Counted from the stretch's first letter, positions 40,432 to 51,871 are shown. The stretch is 64,000 bases of DNA from Spirulina sp. (GCA_044070495.1 JBIPSI010000030.1:1-64000), one strand, 5' to 3'. A program made the numbers and translations. Notes: generated by a model not told the origin, from the letters alone.

Positions 40432-43400
40432 ATGTTCACCCACGTCAAGCCCACTGTGCGCCACATTGCCCCCGACGATCTGAACGGGCGCTTACTGGTT
40501 AAAGTGGTCTATGTGGTGTTAGAGCCTCAGTACCAGAGTGCTCTATCCTCCGCCATCCGGTCGATCAACGCCAACAATTCCCAGGTGGCGTTTGAGGTTA
40601 ACGGCTATTTAATCGAAGAACTGCGCGACGCCAACAACTACGAGGCCTTCAAGCAGGATGTGGCCGAGGCCAATGTGTTTATCGCCTCGCTGATTTTTAT
40701 CGAAGACCTAGCCGATAAGGTGGTCGAAGCGGTGTCCCCCGTGCGTGATCAGCTCGATGTGGCGGTGTGCTTCCCCTCCATGCCCCAGGTGATGCGCCTG
40801 AACAAGATGGGCAGCTTCTCCATGGCGCAGTTGGGCCAATCCAAGAGCATGATCGGCTCCTTCATGAAGAAGCGCAAGGAGAAGTCCGGCGCGGGCTTCC
40901 AAGACGCCATGCTGAAGCTGCTGCGGACGCTGCCCACGGTGCTGAAGTACCTACCCGTCGAAAAGGCCCAGGATGCCCGCAACTTCATGCTCAGCTTCCA
41001 GTACTGGCTGGGTGGCTCGCCGGAGAACCTGGAAAACTTTTTCCTGATGCTGGCCGACCGCTACGTGATCACTGACAGCCCAATTGAGGGCGCTCCCCAA
41101 ACCGAAGCCCTGGACTACGAGGAACCCGTCACCTACCCCGACATGGGCATTTGGCACCCCATGGCCCCCGCCATGTTCGAGGACATCAAGGAGTACCTCA
41201 ACTGGTACGCCTCCCGCCGCGACATTTCCGACGATCTGAAGGATCCCCTGGCCCCCACCATTGGCCTGGTGCTGCAACGAACGCACCTCGTCACCGGGGA
41301 CGAAGCCCACTACGTCGCCATGGTGCAGGAATTTGAGTACCTGGGCGCGAAGGTGATCCCCGTGTTTGCGGGCGGTTTGGACTTCTCCAAGCCCGTGGAT
41401 GCCTACTTTTTTGATCCCGTCGATAATTCCAGAACCATTGTGGATGCGGTGGTGTCCCTCACCGGGTTTGCCCTGGTGGGTGGCCCCGCTCGGCAGGATC
41501 ACCCCAAGGCCATCGAGACCCTGAAGCGGCTGAATCGGCCCTACATGGTGGCCCTGCCCCTGGTGTTCCAAACCACTGAAGAATGGGAAGACAGCGACCT
41601 GGGCCTGCACCCGATTCAGGTGGCGCTGCAAATGGCGATTCCTGAACTGGATGGGGCCATTGAACCCATCGTGCTATCGGGCCGCGACGGCCTGACCGGA
41701 CGGGCGATTTCCCTACAAGACCGGATCGAGTCCATCACCCAGCGGGCGATGAAGTGGGCCAACCTGCGCCGCAAGCCCAAGGTGGACAAGAAACTGGCCA
41801 TCACCATCTTCAGCTTCCCGCCGGATAAGGGCAACGTCGGTACCGCCGCCTACCTGGACGTATTCGGCTCCATCTATAAGGTGCTGGAGGCGATGAAGCA
41901 GAACGGCTACGACGTGCAGGATCTGCCGGAATCCCCCGAAGCGTTGCTGCAAGAGGTCATCCACGATGCCCAGGCCCAGTACAGCAGCCCGGAACTCAAC
42001 GTCGCCTACCGGATGCCCGTCCGCGAATACCAAGCCCTCACCCCCTACGCCGAGCGCCTAGAGGAAAACTGGGGCCCCGCACCGGGGCACCTCAACACCG
42101 ACGGCGAAAACCTGCTGGTCTACGGTAAGGCCTTCGGCAACGTGTTCATCGGCGTGCAGCCCACCTTCGGCTACGAGGGCGACCCGATGCGGCTGCTGTT
42201 CTCCCGTTCCGCCAGCCCCCACCACGGTTTCGCCGCCTACTACACCTTCCTGAACAAAATCTGGGGCGCGGATGCGGTGCTGCACTTTGGCACCCACGGC
42301 TCCCTGGAGTTCATGCCCGGTAAGCAAATGGGCATGTCCGGCACCTGCTACCCCGACAACCTGATCGGCAGCATCCCCAACCTCTACTACTACGCGGCGA
42401 ATAACCCCTCCGAGGCCACCATCGCCAAGCGTCGGGGCTATGCCGAAACCATCAGCTACCTGACTCCCCCCGCCGAGAACGCGGGTCTATACAAGGGCCT
42501 GAAGGAACTGAGCGAACTGATCGGCTCCTACCAGGGCAACAAGGAAAGCGGTCGGGCGGTGCAGATCGTCAACGCCATCATCGAAACGGCGCGGATCTGC
42601 AACCTGGATAAGGACGTGGAACTGCCGGAGGGCGATTCTGGCGAACTGTCTAACGAGGAACGCGACGCGCTGGTGGGCAAGATCTACATCAAGCTGATGG
42701 AAATCGAGTCTCGCCTGCTGCCCTGCGGCCTGCACGTGGTCGGCAAGCCCCCCAGCGCCGAGGAAGCCATCGCCACCCTGGTCAACATCGCTGGCCTGGA
42801 TCGCGAAGAAGACGGCATCATGAGCCTTCAGCGGATCATCGCCGACAGCCTGGGCCGCAATATTGAGGAAATCTACCGCAACAGCGACCGGGGCGTTCTG
42901 GCCGATGTGCAACTGCTCTACGACATCAACCAAGGGGTACGGGCCGCCGTTGCCGCCCTGGTGCATGAGCAGATCGACGCGGAAGGCCGCGTGTCCATGG
43001 TCTCCCGGCTCAACTTCTTCAACATTGGCCGCAAGGAACCCTGGATTAAGGCCCTCCACGAGGCGGGCTACACCAACGTCAACAACGACGCCATCAAGCC
43101 CCTGATGGAGTACCTGGAGTTCTGCCTAGAGCAGGTCTGCGCCGACAACGAACTGGGCGGTCTGCTGCAAGCCCTGGAAGGCGAGTACATTCTCCCCGGC
43201 CCCGGTGGCGACCCGATCCGCAACCCGGAGGTGCTGCCCACGGGTAAGAACATCCACGCCCTCGATCCCCAGTCCATCCCCACTACCGCCGCCGTGCAGT
43301 CGGCCAAGATTGTGGTGGATCGCCTGCTAGAGCGGCAGCGCCAGGAAAACGGCGGCAACTACCCCGAAACCATCGCCACCGTGCTGTGGGGCACCGACAA

Positions 43401-44430
43401 TATCAAGACCTACGGCGAATCTCTGGCCCAGATGATGTGGTTTGTCGGCGTCAAGCCCCTGCCCGATTCCCTCGGTCGGGTCAACAAGCTGGAGCTGATT
43501 CCCCTGGAGGAACTGGGTCGGCCCCGCGTGGATATCGTGGTCAACTGCTCCGGCGTGTTCCGCGACCTATTCATCAACCAAATGGCCCTGCTGGATCGCG
43601 CCGTGAAAATGGCCGCCGAAGCCGACGAGCCCCTAGAGATGAACTTCGTCCGCAAGCACGCCCTGCAACAGGCCGAGGAAATGGGCATTGGTGTCCGAGA
43701 AGCCGCCACCCGGATCTTCTCCAACGCCTCCGGTTCCTACTCCTCCAACATCAACCTGGCGGTGGAAAATAGCACATGGGAGAACGAAGCCGAACTCCAG
43801 GAAATGTACCTGAAGCGCAAGTCCTTTGCCTTCAACTCCGACAATCCTGGGGTGATGGACAGCAACCGAGGTCTGTTCGAGTCGGCCCTGAAGACGGCGG
43901 ATGCCACCTTCCAAAACCTCGACTCTTCGGAGATTTCCCTCACCGACGTCTCCCACTACTTCGATTCCGACCCCACCAAACTGGTGGCCAGTCTGCGCGA
44001 CGACGGCAAGGCTCCGGCCTCCTACATCGCCGACACCACCACCGCCAACGCCCAGGTACGCACCCTCTCCGAGACCGTGCGCCTAGATGCCCGCACCAAA
44101 ATGCTCAATCCCAAGTGGTACGAAGGGATGCTCTCCCACGGCTACGAAGGTGTGCGTGAACTCTCCAAGCGCCTGGTGAACACCATGGGCTGGTCGGCCA
44201 CGGCGGGCGCAGTGGATAATTGGGTCTACGAAGATGTGAACACCACCTTCATCCAAGACCCGGAGATGTGCAAGCGCCTGATGGATCTCAACCCCAACTC
44301 CTTCCGCCGCATGGTGTCTACCCTGCTGGAAGTGAACGGGCGCGGCTACTGGGAAACCAGCGACGAAAACCTGGAACGCCTGCAAGAGCTGTACCAGGAA
44401 GTAGAAGACCGCATCGAAGGCGTTGAGTAG
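40432..44430 (+). CDS. chlH: Magnesium chelatase subunit H
   Basis: MFTHVK start; [27 protein letters not shown]; 1332 aa. Confidence 0.98.
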   Translation: MFTHVKPTVRHIAPDDLNGRLLVKVVYVVLEPQYQSALSSAIRSINANNSQVAFEVNGYLIEELRDANNYEAFKQDVAEANVFIASLIFIEDLADKVVEAVSPVRDQLDVAVCFPSMPQVMRLNKMGSFSMAQLGQSKSMIGSFMKKRKEKSGAGFQDAMLKLLRTLPTVLKYLPVEKAQDARNFMLSFQYWLGGSPENLENFFLMLADRYVITDSPIEGAPQTEALDYEEPVTYPDMGIWHPMAPAMFEDIKEYLNWYASRRDISDDLKDPLAPTIGLVLQRTHLVTGDEAHYVAMVQEFEYLGAKVIPVFAGGLDFSKPVDAYFFDPVDNSRTIVDAVVSLTGFALVGGPARQDHPKAIETLKRLNRPYMVALPLVFQTTEEWEDSDLGLHPIQVALQMAIPELDGAIEPIVLSGRDGLTGRAISLQDRIESITQRAMKWANLRRKPKVDKKLAITIFSFPPDKGNVGTAAYLDVFGSIYKVLEAMKQNGYDVQDLPESPEALLQEVIHDAQAQYSSPELNVAYRMPVREYQALTPYAERLEENWGPAPGHLNTDGENLLVYGKAFGNVFIGVQPTFGYEGDPMRLLFSRSASPHHGFAAYYTFLNKIWGADAVLHFGTHGSLEFMPGKQMGMSGTCYPDNLIGSIPNLYYYAANNPSEATIAKRRGYAETISYLTPPAENAGLYKGLKELSELIGSYQGNKESGRAVQIVNAIIETARICNLDKDVELPEGDSGELSNEERDALVGKIYIKLMEIESRLLPCGLHVVGKPPSAEEAIATLVNIAGLDREEDGIMSLQRIIADSLGRNIEEIYRNSDRGVLADVQLLYDINQGVRAAVAALVHEQIDAEGRVSMVSRLNFFNIGRKEPWIKALHEAGYTNVNNDAIKPLMEYLEFCLEQVCADNELGGLLQALEGEYILPGPGGDPIRNPEVLPTGKNIHALDPQSIPTTAAVQSAKIVVDRLLERQRQENGGNYPETIATVLWGTDNIKTYGESLAQMMWFVGVKPLPDSLGRVNKLELIPLEELGRPRVDIVVNCSGVFRDLFINQMALLDRAVKMAAEADEPLEMNFVRKHALQQAEEMGIGVREAATRIFSNASGSYSSNINLAVENSTWENEAELQEMYLKRKSFAFNSDNPGVMDSNRGLFESALKTADATFQNLDSSEISLTDVSHYFDSDPTKLVASLRDDGKAPASYIADTTTANAQVRTLSETVRLDARTKMLNPKWYEGMLSHGYEGVRELSKRLVNTMGWSATAGAVDNWVYEDVNTTFIQDPEMCKRLMDLNPNSFRRMVSTLLEVNGRGYWETSDENLERLQELYQEVEDRIEGVE

Positions 44431-44447
44431 ATGTTGGTGAACTGACT

Positions 44448-44482
44448 AAAAGCCCGGTTTCTTAGAGAAACCGGGCTTTTTT
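44448..44482 (+). terminator. Hairpin terminator after chlH
   Basis: AAAAGCCCGGTTTCT-TAG-AGAAACCGGGCTTTT. Confidence 0.8.
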
Positions 44483-44608
44483 AAGCGAGTGTATTCTACC
44501 TATGGGCATACTTTTTCGCTATATTAAATTACAACATAGCCTATCTCATCACAGAGTAAAGTTGCAAAAGTGCTCAGTCTTACAAGACTTTGAGTGTTAC
44601 TTATAGGG

Positions 44609-45748
44609 ATGATCATGCTAACACAGATAGACCTAGAACAACAAATCGATACCTATTCAGCAAAAGTTTCTACTACCTCCTATTCTATGTCAGTAGGAGA
44701 GCTAGTATCTATGTATAAGGATGGAGAACTCAATTTACATCCTGAATTCCAGAGATTTTTTCGCTGGACTGTGGAGCAAAAGTCTAAGTTTATTGAATCC
44801 TTGCTCCTTGGTATACCTATTCCTCCGATATTTGTCTCAGAACGTTCTAATTCATATTGGGATGTCATTGATGGTCTGCAGAGAATTTCTACAATTTTTG
44901 AGGTGATGGGTGAACTTAGGGATGAAGAGAAGCAATTAAAAGAGCAATTAGCCTTAACAAGGACACGTTATTTACCTAGCTTAGAAGGAAAACTATGGCA
45001 GTCAGATGTCGAAGAAAATCAACTCCCAGAATCTGCAAAGGTAAGAATCAAGCGCTCTAGAATAGATGTGAATATTGTCAAGAAGACAAGTGATGAGATC
45101 GCAAAATATGAGATCTTCCAGCGACTAAACACTGGAGGATCAGTTGCAACCAATCAAGAGGTAAGAAACTGCATTCTAGTCATGAATAATCGTGACTTCT
45201 TTTATCGAATAAAGGGATTGGCAGAACTAGAGTCATTTAAAGAATGTGTTTTAATTACAGATCGAGCACTTGAGGAAAGTTTCGACTTGGAGCTACTGAC
45301 TCGTTTTTTTGTTTTTTGCAGCAGCAATCAAACAAAACTATCTCAGATCAATGAATTGGGTGACTTTTTAACAGATGAGATTCTTGAGATTTCTAAGATT
45401 AATCAAAACGGAGATCTGAATCAACGAATCGAGAGTGCTTTTCAGGAAACTTTCAGATATTTAGCAGAGCATTTTGGGGCAAACAGCTTCCGAAAGTTCA
45501 ACTTAGACCAAGATCGATACTACGGCGGAACATTAGTCTCTCTGTTTGAAGTAGTCGCTGTGGGCATTGGGCGTAATCTTTTAGCTGGGCGGACTCTACC
45601 TAATCCAGTGATCTTCTGTGAGCGCCATAAAAACTTAGGCTCAGATAATTATGTAAAGCAATTCACAAGATCAGGGATTCGCTCTTCTTACCGAATTCCA
45701 AAAACTATTGAATTTGGAGAAAATCTTGTTCAATCTTGTCTATCATGA
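44609..45748 (+). CDS. DUF262 (GmrS-like, ParB/Srx fold) domain protein
   Basis: PEFQRFFRW, FIESLLLGIPIPPIF, VIDGLQR, IFQRLNTGG; AT-rich. Confidence 0.92.
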   Translation: MIMLTQIDLEQQIDTYSAKVSTTSYSMSVGELVSMYKDGELNLHPEFQRFFRWTVEQKSKFIESLLLGIPIPPIFVSERSNSYWDVIDGLQRISTIFEVMGELRDEEKQLKEQLALTRTRYLPSLEGKLWQSDVEENQLPESAKVRIKRSRIDVNIVKKTSDEIAKYEIFQRLNTGGSVATNQEVRNCILVMNNRDFFYRIKGLAELESFKECVLITDRALEESFDLELLTRFFVFCSSNQTKLSQINELGDFLTDEILEISKINQNGDLNQRIESAFQETFRYLAEHFGANSFRKFNLDQDRYYGGTLVSLFEVVAVGIGRNLLAGRTLPNPVIFCERHKNLGSDNYVKQFTRSGIRSSYRIPKTIEFGENLVQSCLS

Positions 45749-46395
45749 GAATTAAAAGCCAGGAGTCTCTGATTGACTTTATTGACGAAAGAAGTCAATT
45801 GCGAAGGCGCGAACTATTCACATTTTCTCAACTTCTTAAAAGCACAAGGAAGCATGAGATGAGTATTTTGTGTCGAAGTGCTATTGTTATCGCCTATGCT
45901 CACTGGGAAGGATTTGTAAAGGAAACCGCAGCAGCTTATGTAGAATACGTGGCTTGCAAGTCGCTGAGATTTGATCAATTATCTCCGAACTTTAAAGCAA
46001 TTGCCTGTCGCGAAATTTTATCCGATGCCTCCCGTGCAACTAAACAAATGTCTCCACACCTAAAAGTTGTCGAGTACTTCGCAGATTCATCATCAAAGAT
46101 AATAGATACAAGCTGTTTGTCGCCTTCAGTTATAGATGCGCAATCGAACTTGAGATCTGAGGTACTTGAAAATATTTGTATTACGGTTGGCCTGGACTAT
46201 ACACAGAGATGGTGTACATATGCTCCCTTCGTTGATGAATTAGCACAGCAGCGACATGCAATTGCTCATGGTACTACCGTAGTACCACCAAGGGACTATG
46301 CTGTGGAAGCAGTAGGCTTTGTTGAAAAAGCCATTGACTGGTTTCGCACAGATATTGAAAACTGTGCTGTTCAAGCTACCTTCATATCGACCTAA
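45745..46395 (+). CDS. HEPN-family nuclease (MAE_28990/MAE_18760-like)
   Basis: YAHWEGFVK; SNL motif; RHAIAHG = RxxxxH; ATGA overlap with the DUF262 gene. Confidence 0.88.
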   Translation: MRIKSQESLIDFIDERSQLRRRELFTFSQLLKSTRKHEMSILCRSAIVIAYAHWEGFVKETAAAYVEYVACKSLRFDQLSPNFKAIACREILSDASRATKQMSPHLKVVEYFADSSSKIIDTSCLSPSVIDAQSNLRSEVLENICITVGLDYTQRWCTYAPFVDELAQQRHAIAHGTTVVPPRDYAVEAVGFVEKAIDWFRTDIENCAVQATFIST

Positions 46396-46534
46396 TAATT
46401 GGGTACCTCGATTAATTGTCGTATTGGGAACCTGAAGAGACTGAAACTCCTGTAATCTCGCGACCATTCTCAATAAGATCTGTATTTTTCGAGGTTCCCG
46501 CTCTCCATTGCCTCTCCTCAAGGGGTTATTCTCA

Positions 46535-46720
46535 ATGACAACAATGAATAATTCATCTCTCACTCAGAAAAAGTTTGACTGTTTAGAGTTTAAGCAACAA
46601 GTTCAGACTCAAATCTATCAAGATGTTAATGCTATGGGTTCGCAGGAAATCATAGAATATTTTCGCCAGTCTTCTCATTCTGGCGTTTTAGGTCAGTGGT
46701 GGAAGACGGTGGTTCATTAA
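46535..46720 (+). CDS. Small hypothetical protein (KKFDC..K...Q..IY type), probable orphan TA partner
   Basis: KKFDCLEFKQQVQTQIY; preceded by IASPQGV, resembling a PIN toxin C-terminus. Confidence 0.5.
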   Translation: MTTMNNSSLTQKKFDCLEFKQQVQTQIYQDVNAMGSQEIIEYFRQSSHSGVLGQWWKTVVH

Positions 46721-46789
46721 GTAATAGAGCTTTTTCTTGAAAGCTGCTATCTCAAGGTTGAAAATGAAGAAAAATATCTGACGGGGTCA

Positions 46790-46966
46790 ATGGAAAACAT
46801 CAAGCTGAATCTAGAAGAGCAGGAACTCCTGACATCGGTAGAAAACGATGAATGGCTTTCTGTTGCTAATCTTGATAAAGAAATCAGGCGCTATCAAAGC
46901 TATGCTCAAGTCCAGACAGAGGAGATACAGGAAACCAACGGTGAGATACCTGTGCGGGATCTTTAG
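46790..46966 (+). pseudogene. Truncated RHH/CopG-type antitoxin
   Basis: MENIKLNLEEQELLTSVENDEWLSVANLDKEIRRYQSYA...; 58 aa (below the ORF track cutoff), stopping just before a REP at 46974-46994. Confidence 0.6.
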
Positions 46967-47011
46967 TTTTGATGGTGGGCAGTGCCCACCCTACTACAGA
47001 CTTAATCCGAA

Positions 47012-47320
47012 TTATTCAGGCGTGCCCGCTATGCTGCGCTGACGAATTTCATCAACAATTCTGGCCGCAGCTTCGCTAGAGTTGAGATGTTCGGATAGAA
47101 CCTGCTGGGCTGCATTTAGGGTTTGATCGGCACGCAGTTGGGTTAAATCAGCTCTTAACCCCTGACCAATGTAAAACTTGATCAGACCTTCTAGGGACAT
47201 ATCCTTTTTGTCTGCGATTGCCTGTAAGTCTGCCAACGTATCCGTGGGTATCTTTACCGTCACCATTTCAGATGCTCGGCTATTAATTTTTAATTCAAAT
47301 ATTGCATCAGGATTGTTCAT
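47012..47320 (-). CDS. Antitoxin partner of BrnT (CopG/RHH-like)
   Basis: VTVKIPTDTLADL...DMSLEGLIKFYIGQGLRADL; overlaps the toxin gene. Confidence 0.8.
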   Translation of the reverse strand: MNNPDAIFELKINSRASEMVTVKIPTDTLADLQAIADKKDMSLEGLIKFYIGQGLRADLTQLRADQTLNAAQQVLSEHLNSSEAAARIVDEIRQRSIAGTPE

Positions 47321-47600
47321 ACAGGTGTCGCTCAGAACGAGTGGCTATCCGTGCTGAAATGATTCGTGTTCTGGATCCTATTTCAACATAAACCGCAAGC
47401 AATAACCTGGGAGTGAGTGAGTAGCCCAAGATAAAGCTGCGCTCTTCTCCTGATCTCGACGCATCGCCGACTTGATAAAAGGGGTCAAGGAAAGCCTCAG
47501 CAGCCTCTTCAAAGCGAACGCCATGCTTCTCAAAGTTGCTTTCTGCCTTATTCTTATCCCACTCAAACTCAAGCCCTTCAATGCGATAGACCACATTCAT
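47307..47600 (-). CDS. BrnT family toxin
   Basis: FEWDKNKAESNFEKHGVRFEEA...RIISAR.AT..ER. Confidence 0.93.
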   Translation of the reverse strand: MNVVYRIEGLEFEWDKNKAESNFEKHGVRFEEAAEAFLDPFYQVGDASRSGEERSFILGYSLTPRLLLAVYVEIGSRTRIISARIATRSERHLYEQS

Positions 47601-47996
47601 ATGCTCAAATCATAGCTAATAGCGCTAGTCATCAGCTGATCCCTTGTGCAAGCGGGTGGTGAGTCTCAACGCCAATCTCTTCTGCTGTATGGTGCTTACC
47701 ACAGTAGAGGTGAATAGTGGCTACGGGGAATTGCTAGGGCTAGGTAGGCCGTAGCCCAGTTCGTGGCCTAGGGGCGATTGGGCGACTTGGGTGGCCCAGC
47801 GGTCGAGGGTGAGGCCGACGGTTTGATCTTTTGATCTTTGGCTGCCGCTGTTGAGCAAGGCAATGCGGGCCTCTAGGGCGTTGGTTTAAGCGGTGATGAT
47901 GGTACGTCGTCAGGGTTCGACCTTTGGCGAATACTGAAACCTTTGGGAACTGGCTATGGTAGCCCTAGCGTGAGGGAAGGGGGCGGCGTCAGGATC

Positions 47997-48413
47997 ATGG
48001 CAGGAGCATTGAACGAGACTAGGCCAGCGGCCCATTTGGGTCAGGGGTGGGCCTTTCCGGTGCGAACGACGGTGCAGGGGGGGCTACAGCTCAGTGCGGC
48101 GGATCAGAATTTGATGGAGTCGATTCGGGTGCTGCTGCGGACGCGGATTGGGGAGCGGGTGTATCGGCCTGAGTATGGTAGTCGGCTGGCGGAGATGACC
48201 TTTGCCCCCATGAATACCGACACGCTATTGATGATTCGGCTGCATGTGCAGGAGGCCCTAGAGCGCTGGGAACCGCGCATTGTGCTGGATCAGGTGTTGG
48301 CAGAACCCGATTTGGAGAACGGGCGGGTGAACATTGTGATTCTCTACCAGGCCAAGGAGACCCACCAGCGTCGCAGTGTGGTCTATCCCTTTTATTTAAT
48401 GCCGCCGGAGTAG
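47997..48413 (+). CDS. GPW/gp25 family baseplate wedge protein
   Basis: LGQGWAFP, LRTRIGERVYRPEYGS, ALERWEPRI, VYPFYL. Confidence 0.93.
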   Translation: MAGALNETRPAAHLGQGWAFPVRTTVQGGLQLSAADQNLMESIRVLLRTRIGERVYRPEYGSRLAEMTFAPMNTDTLLMIRLHVQEALERWEPRIVLDQVLAEPDLENGRVNIVILYQAKETHQRRSVVYPFYLMPPE

Positions 48414-48426
48414 GAGGTGGAACCCC

Positions 48427-50613
48427 GTGGACTTTAATTTTCTGCCTCAGTTGCCAAAGTCGAACCTGGACGACCGGGCCTACCAAGACCTGGTAGACGA
48501 GTGTTTGCTGCGCATTCCCCGCTATTGCCCGGAGTGGACGAACTACAACCCCAGCGACCCTGGGGTGACCATGGTGGAACTGTTCGCCTGGTTGACCGAC
48601 CAGATGTTGATGCGGTTTAACCAGGTGCCCCGCCGCAACTATGTGGCCTTTTTGGAGATGCTGGGGATTCGGCTTCAGCCCCCGGCCCCGGCCCGCACGG
48701 AGGTGACGTTTTATTTGGCGGCGAGTTTGCCCCAGGTGTACCACATTCCGGCGGGGGTGGAGGTGGCCACGGAGCGCACCGAAACCGATGAGGCGGTGGT
48801 GTTCAGCACGGATCGGCCCTTGGCCATTGGCTTGCCGGAGATCAACCACTTGCTGACGACCGACCGGGACGATCCGCTGCCGAGTCTGTTAACCAACCCC
48901 TTTGCCAACCTGTGGACGCGGCAGTCGGACGGGCGCTGGGAGGGGCGGGAACAGAGCATTTTCAACGAGCAACCCCGCCCCGGCAACAGCTTTTACCTGG
49001 TGCTGGATGGGGCACAACCCACCGAGGGTAACGTTTTGGCCCTAACGCTTTCCGGTGAAGCGGCTACGTCTACGGGCATCAACCCCGACCATCCGCCCCG
49101 CCGCTGGGAAGCCTGGGATGGGGAACAGTGGGTTCCGATTTTACTAGCCGAAGGGGACGACCAAACCCGTGGCTTTAGCTTCCACGAACTGGGCGGCGGC
49201 AACGCCCTCCACACTGCCGATGTCATTCTGCACCTGCCCCAGCGGTTTCCGGTGGCCCAGTTTGGTTCCTACCAAGGCCGCTGGCTGCGCTGTGTCTGCA
49301 TTGATTCCGACCTCTACCAAAGCCGCTACAGTAGCTCCCCTCGGCTGGTGAGGGTGGAGGTGCGTTCCATCGGCGGCACCATTGATGTCAGCCAGTGTCA
49401 GACCATCCACGAAGAACTGCTGGGGGAAAGTAACGGCCAGCCCGGTCAGAGCGTCCAGCTTCAGGGGCCGCCCGTGCTGCCGCGCCAGCCGGGGGAACAA
49501 CTGCTGGTGCTGCCCCCCGATGGCCTACCCCAACTTTGGCAGGAGGTGAGCGACTTTGCCGACTCTGGCCCCAACGACTACCACTACACCCTCGATTCCG
49601 TCAGCGGGCGGTTGCAGTTTGGCCCCCTAGTGCGCGAACCCAGCCAGCTTCAAGAGCAGGTCTACGAACGATCCCGTAGCCAAACCCGCGACACCGCCCT
49701 AGCCACCCAGGCTTCTCCCCAAGCCGTACCCCAGGCCAGCGCCCTAGAGCGTCAGTACGGGGCGGTTCCCCCCAGGGGAGCGGTGTTTAAGATGGTCTCC
49801 TACCGCACCGGGGGCGGTCAGCGGGGCAATGTGCAGCGCCACACTCTGCGGATTGTGAAAACCGCCGTGCCCTACGTGGCCCAGGTCACTAACCACATCC
49901 CCGCCCGCCACGGGGCCAATGCCGAATGCCTAGAGGATGCCGTGCTGCGGGTGCCTCGCCTCCTGCGCACGCGGGATCGGGCCGTTACCCCCGAAGACTT
50001 TGAAGCCCTAACCCACCAGGCCGGACAGGGAGCCGTAGCCCGCACCCTCTGCCCCCCCAGCACCACCCCCGGCCTCGTGGAAGTGCTCGTGGTTCCCCAG
50101 GGCAACACCGAAGGCATCGAGCGGGAAGTGGGACTCCATCCTCACGACCTCGCCCTCACCCCCACCCTGCGCCAGCAAATTCTGTCGTTTTTAGACGAAC
50201 GCCGCCTGCTAGGTGTGCAAGTGGCCCTGCGCGAACCCGACTATGTGGGCGTGGCGGTGCAAATTGAAGTGGGCCTCGCCCCAGAATATGCCAACCCCCA
50301 GGCCCAAACCCAAACCCTCCACCGCCTCCGCACCGCCCTCTACCGCTTCCTCAACCCGCTGACGGGCGGCCCCAACGGCGACGGCTGGCCCTTTGGTGCG
50401 CCGCTGTATCCCTCCGATATCATTAGCCTGGTGCAGGGGCATGAGGGTGTCCGCTACCTGGGCACCGTGCTGCTGTTTGAACTGCGGCGACAGGAGGATC
50501 AATGGATTCGCACCCTGGCCCCCAACAACATCGTCACCCCCGGCCCCCAGGGGCTAATCTGCTCCTGGGCCGATAATGTCCTCCGTTCTAGCCACATCAT
50601 CAGCCTCCTATGA
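48427..50613 (+). CDS. Baseplate J-like assembly protein (contractile injection system)
   Basis: LDDRAYQDLV, PEWTNYNPSDPG, LGESNGQPGQ, YRTGGG.RGNV, RDRAVTPEDFE. Confidence 0.93.
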   Translation: MDFNFLPQLPKSNLDDRAYQDLVDECLLRIPRYCPEWTNYNPSDPGVTMVELFAWLTDQMLMRFNQVPRRNYVAFLEMLGIRLQPPAPARTEVTFYLAASLPQVYHIPAGVEVATERTETDEAVVFSTDRPLAIGLPEINHLLTTDRDDPLPSLLTNPFANLWTRQSDGRWEGREQSIFNEQPRPGNSFYLVLDGAQPTEGNVLALTLSGEAATSTGINPDHPPRRWEAWDGEQWVPILLAEGDDQTRGFSFHELGGGNALHTADVILHLPQRFPVAQFGSYQGRWLRCVCIDSDLYQSRYSSSPRLVRVEVRSIGGTIDVSQCQTIHEELLGESNGQPGQSVQLQGPPVLPRQPGEQLLVLPPDGLPQLWQEVSDFADSGPNDYHYTLDSVSGRLQFGPLVREPSQLQEQVYERSRSQTRDTALATQASPQAVPQASALERQYGAVPPRGAVFKMVSYRTGGGQRGNVQRHTLRIVKTAVPYVAQVTNHIPARHGANAECLEDAVLRVPRLLRTRDRAVTPEDFEALTHQAGQGAVARTLCPPSTTPGLVEVLVVPQGNTEGIEREVGLHPHDLALTPTLRQQILSFLDERRLLGVQVALREPDYVGVAVQIEVGLAPEYANPQAQTQTLHRLRTALYRFLNPLTGGPNGDGWPFGAPLYPSDIISLVQGHEGVRYLGTVLLFELRRQEDQWIRTLAPNNIVTPGPQGLICSWADNVLRSSHIISLL

Positions 50614-50637
50614 TCCGTAGATCGCAAAGCCCCCGCA

Positions 50638-50732
50638 GCCCTCACCCTAAATCCCTCTCCCTAAGGGAGAGGGACTTTGAATGCAATTTCCGGCTCCCCT
50701 CTCCTCGTGGGAGAGGGGTTGGGGGTGAGGGC
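50638..50732. repeat. Nested palindromic dispersed repeat
   Basis: GCCCTCACCCTAAATCCCTCTCCC...GGGAGAGGGGTTGGGGGTGAGGGC; same family as 3127-3227. Confidence 0.85.
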
Positions 50733-50767
50733 TGGTTTAAATTGTTAACGCTTTCCTCCATCCCCCG

Positions 50768-51805
50768 ATGACCCAAGCCCGATCCACCACCGACATCAGC
50801 CTAGTGCTGACCCCCATGCAGGTACCCGAAGCGGTGCCTGATGGGTCGGAATTGGCCCAGGGGTTGACGGGCAGTCGGCCTAGGGATAGCCGTGCCCCCA
50901 GTGTGCCTAGCTTAGTGCTGCATCCGGGGGAACCGAGTGAACTGGTGATTCAAGTCCATAGCCAGAGCCGGGAACCGCTTCAGCTTCAGTACCAGGTGCA
51001 GGGGGATTTTCCGGCGGAGTGGTGCCAATTTCGGGCCGAAGGTTCCGATGTCCGACCGGGACAAATTTTGGAGGGCGTCCTCTATTTCAGCCTACCCTCG
51101 GACTACCTAGAGCGTCCCTACAACGCCGAGCAACTGCCCCTGCGGTTAGACTACCGGGGTCGCCTCACGGTGCTCAGCCTCAACCCCACTACCGGGGGAC
51201 GTACTCTCGAACACCGAGATTTTCAGGTTGTTTTGCGCCCCCGCAGCCTGTATCTAGACTTTTTGCCAGATTTATACCGCGAAATCGACTTTGTGGGCCG
51301 CTTTTTGCAAGTGTTCGAGCAAACCTTCGAGCCTACCGTCAACGCCCTCGATAGCCTCTGGGCCTACCTCGACCCCCTCACCGCCCCCCAAGCCCTGCTG
51401 CCCTTCCTGACCCACTGGGTGGGCTGGAATTTCGATGCCCCCCTCGACCCCCGTCGCCAGCGTTTTTTGATTCGCCACGCCCTGCAAATCTATCGCTGGC
51501 GCGGCACCCGTCGCGGCCTGAGATTTTACCTACACCTGGCCACGGGTCTACCCCTCGACGACCACCTCAGCCGCGAAGCCGACAAACACATCGGCATCCA
51601 CGAAACCTTTAGTCAGGGCCTTGTTCTCGGCGAAGCCCACCTCGGCGAAGACACCAGCCTCGGCGGTAGCCAACCCTTCCACTTCGCCATCCACCTCCGC
51701 CCCGAAGCCCACCAGACCATAGACACCGCCCTCGTCCACCAAATTGTCGGCCAAGAAAAACCCGCCTTCTGTACCTACGATTTAATCGTTGAGCCACCGC
51801 CCTAG
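50768..51805 (+). CDS. Phage tail/baseplate protein (P2 gpI-like) with N-terminal extension
   Basis: YLDFLPDLY, RFLQVFE, YLDPLTAP..LLPFL..W, YRWRGT, QEKPA. Confidence 0.88.
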   Translation: MTQARSTTDISLVLTPMQVPEAVPDGSELAQGLTGSRPRDSRAPSVPSLVLHPGEPSELVIQVHSQSREPLQLQYQVQGDFPAEWCQFRAEGSDVRPGQILEGVLYFSLPSDYLERPYNAEQLPLRLDYRGRLTVLSLNPTTGGRTLEHRDFQVVLRPRSLYLDFLPDLYREIDFVGRFLQVFEQTFEPTVNALDSLWAYLDPLTAPQALLPFLTHWVGWNFDAPLDPRRQRFLIRHALQIYRWRGTRRGLRFYLHLATGLPLDDHLSREADKHIGIHETFSQGLVLGEAHLGEDTSLGGSQPFHFAIHLRPEAHQTIDTALVHQIVGQEKPAFCTYDLIVEPPP

Positions 51806-51848
51806 GTCGCGAGATGGATGTACCGCCCTACCCATGTATCCCCCGTCT

Positions 51849-51871
51849 GGGCGGGGAGACCCCGCCCCTAC
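51849..51871. repeat. REP-type palindrome
   Basis: GGGCGGGGAGACCCCGCCCCTAC. Confidence 0.7.

Noticed and set aside
47690..47890. GC-rich minus-strand gene remnant (NALEARIALLNSG...)
   Set aside because: No start codon and no recognisable family; cannot be supported without a search.
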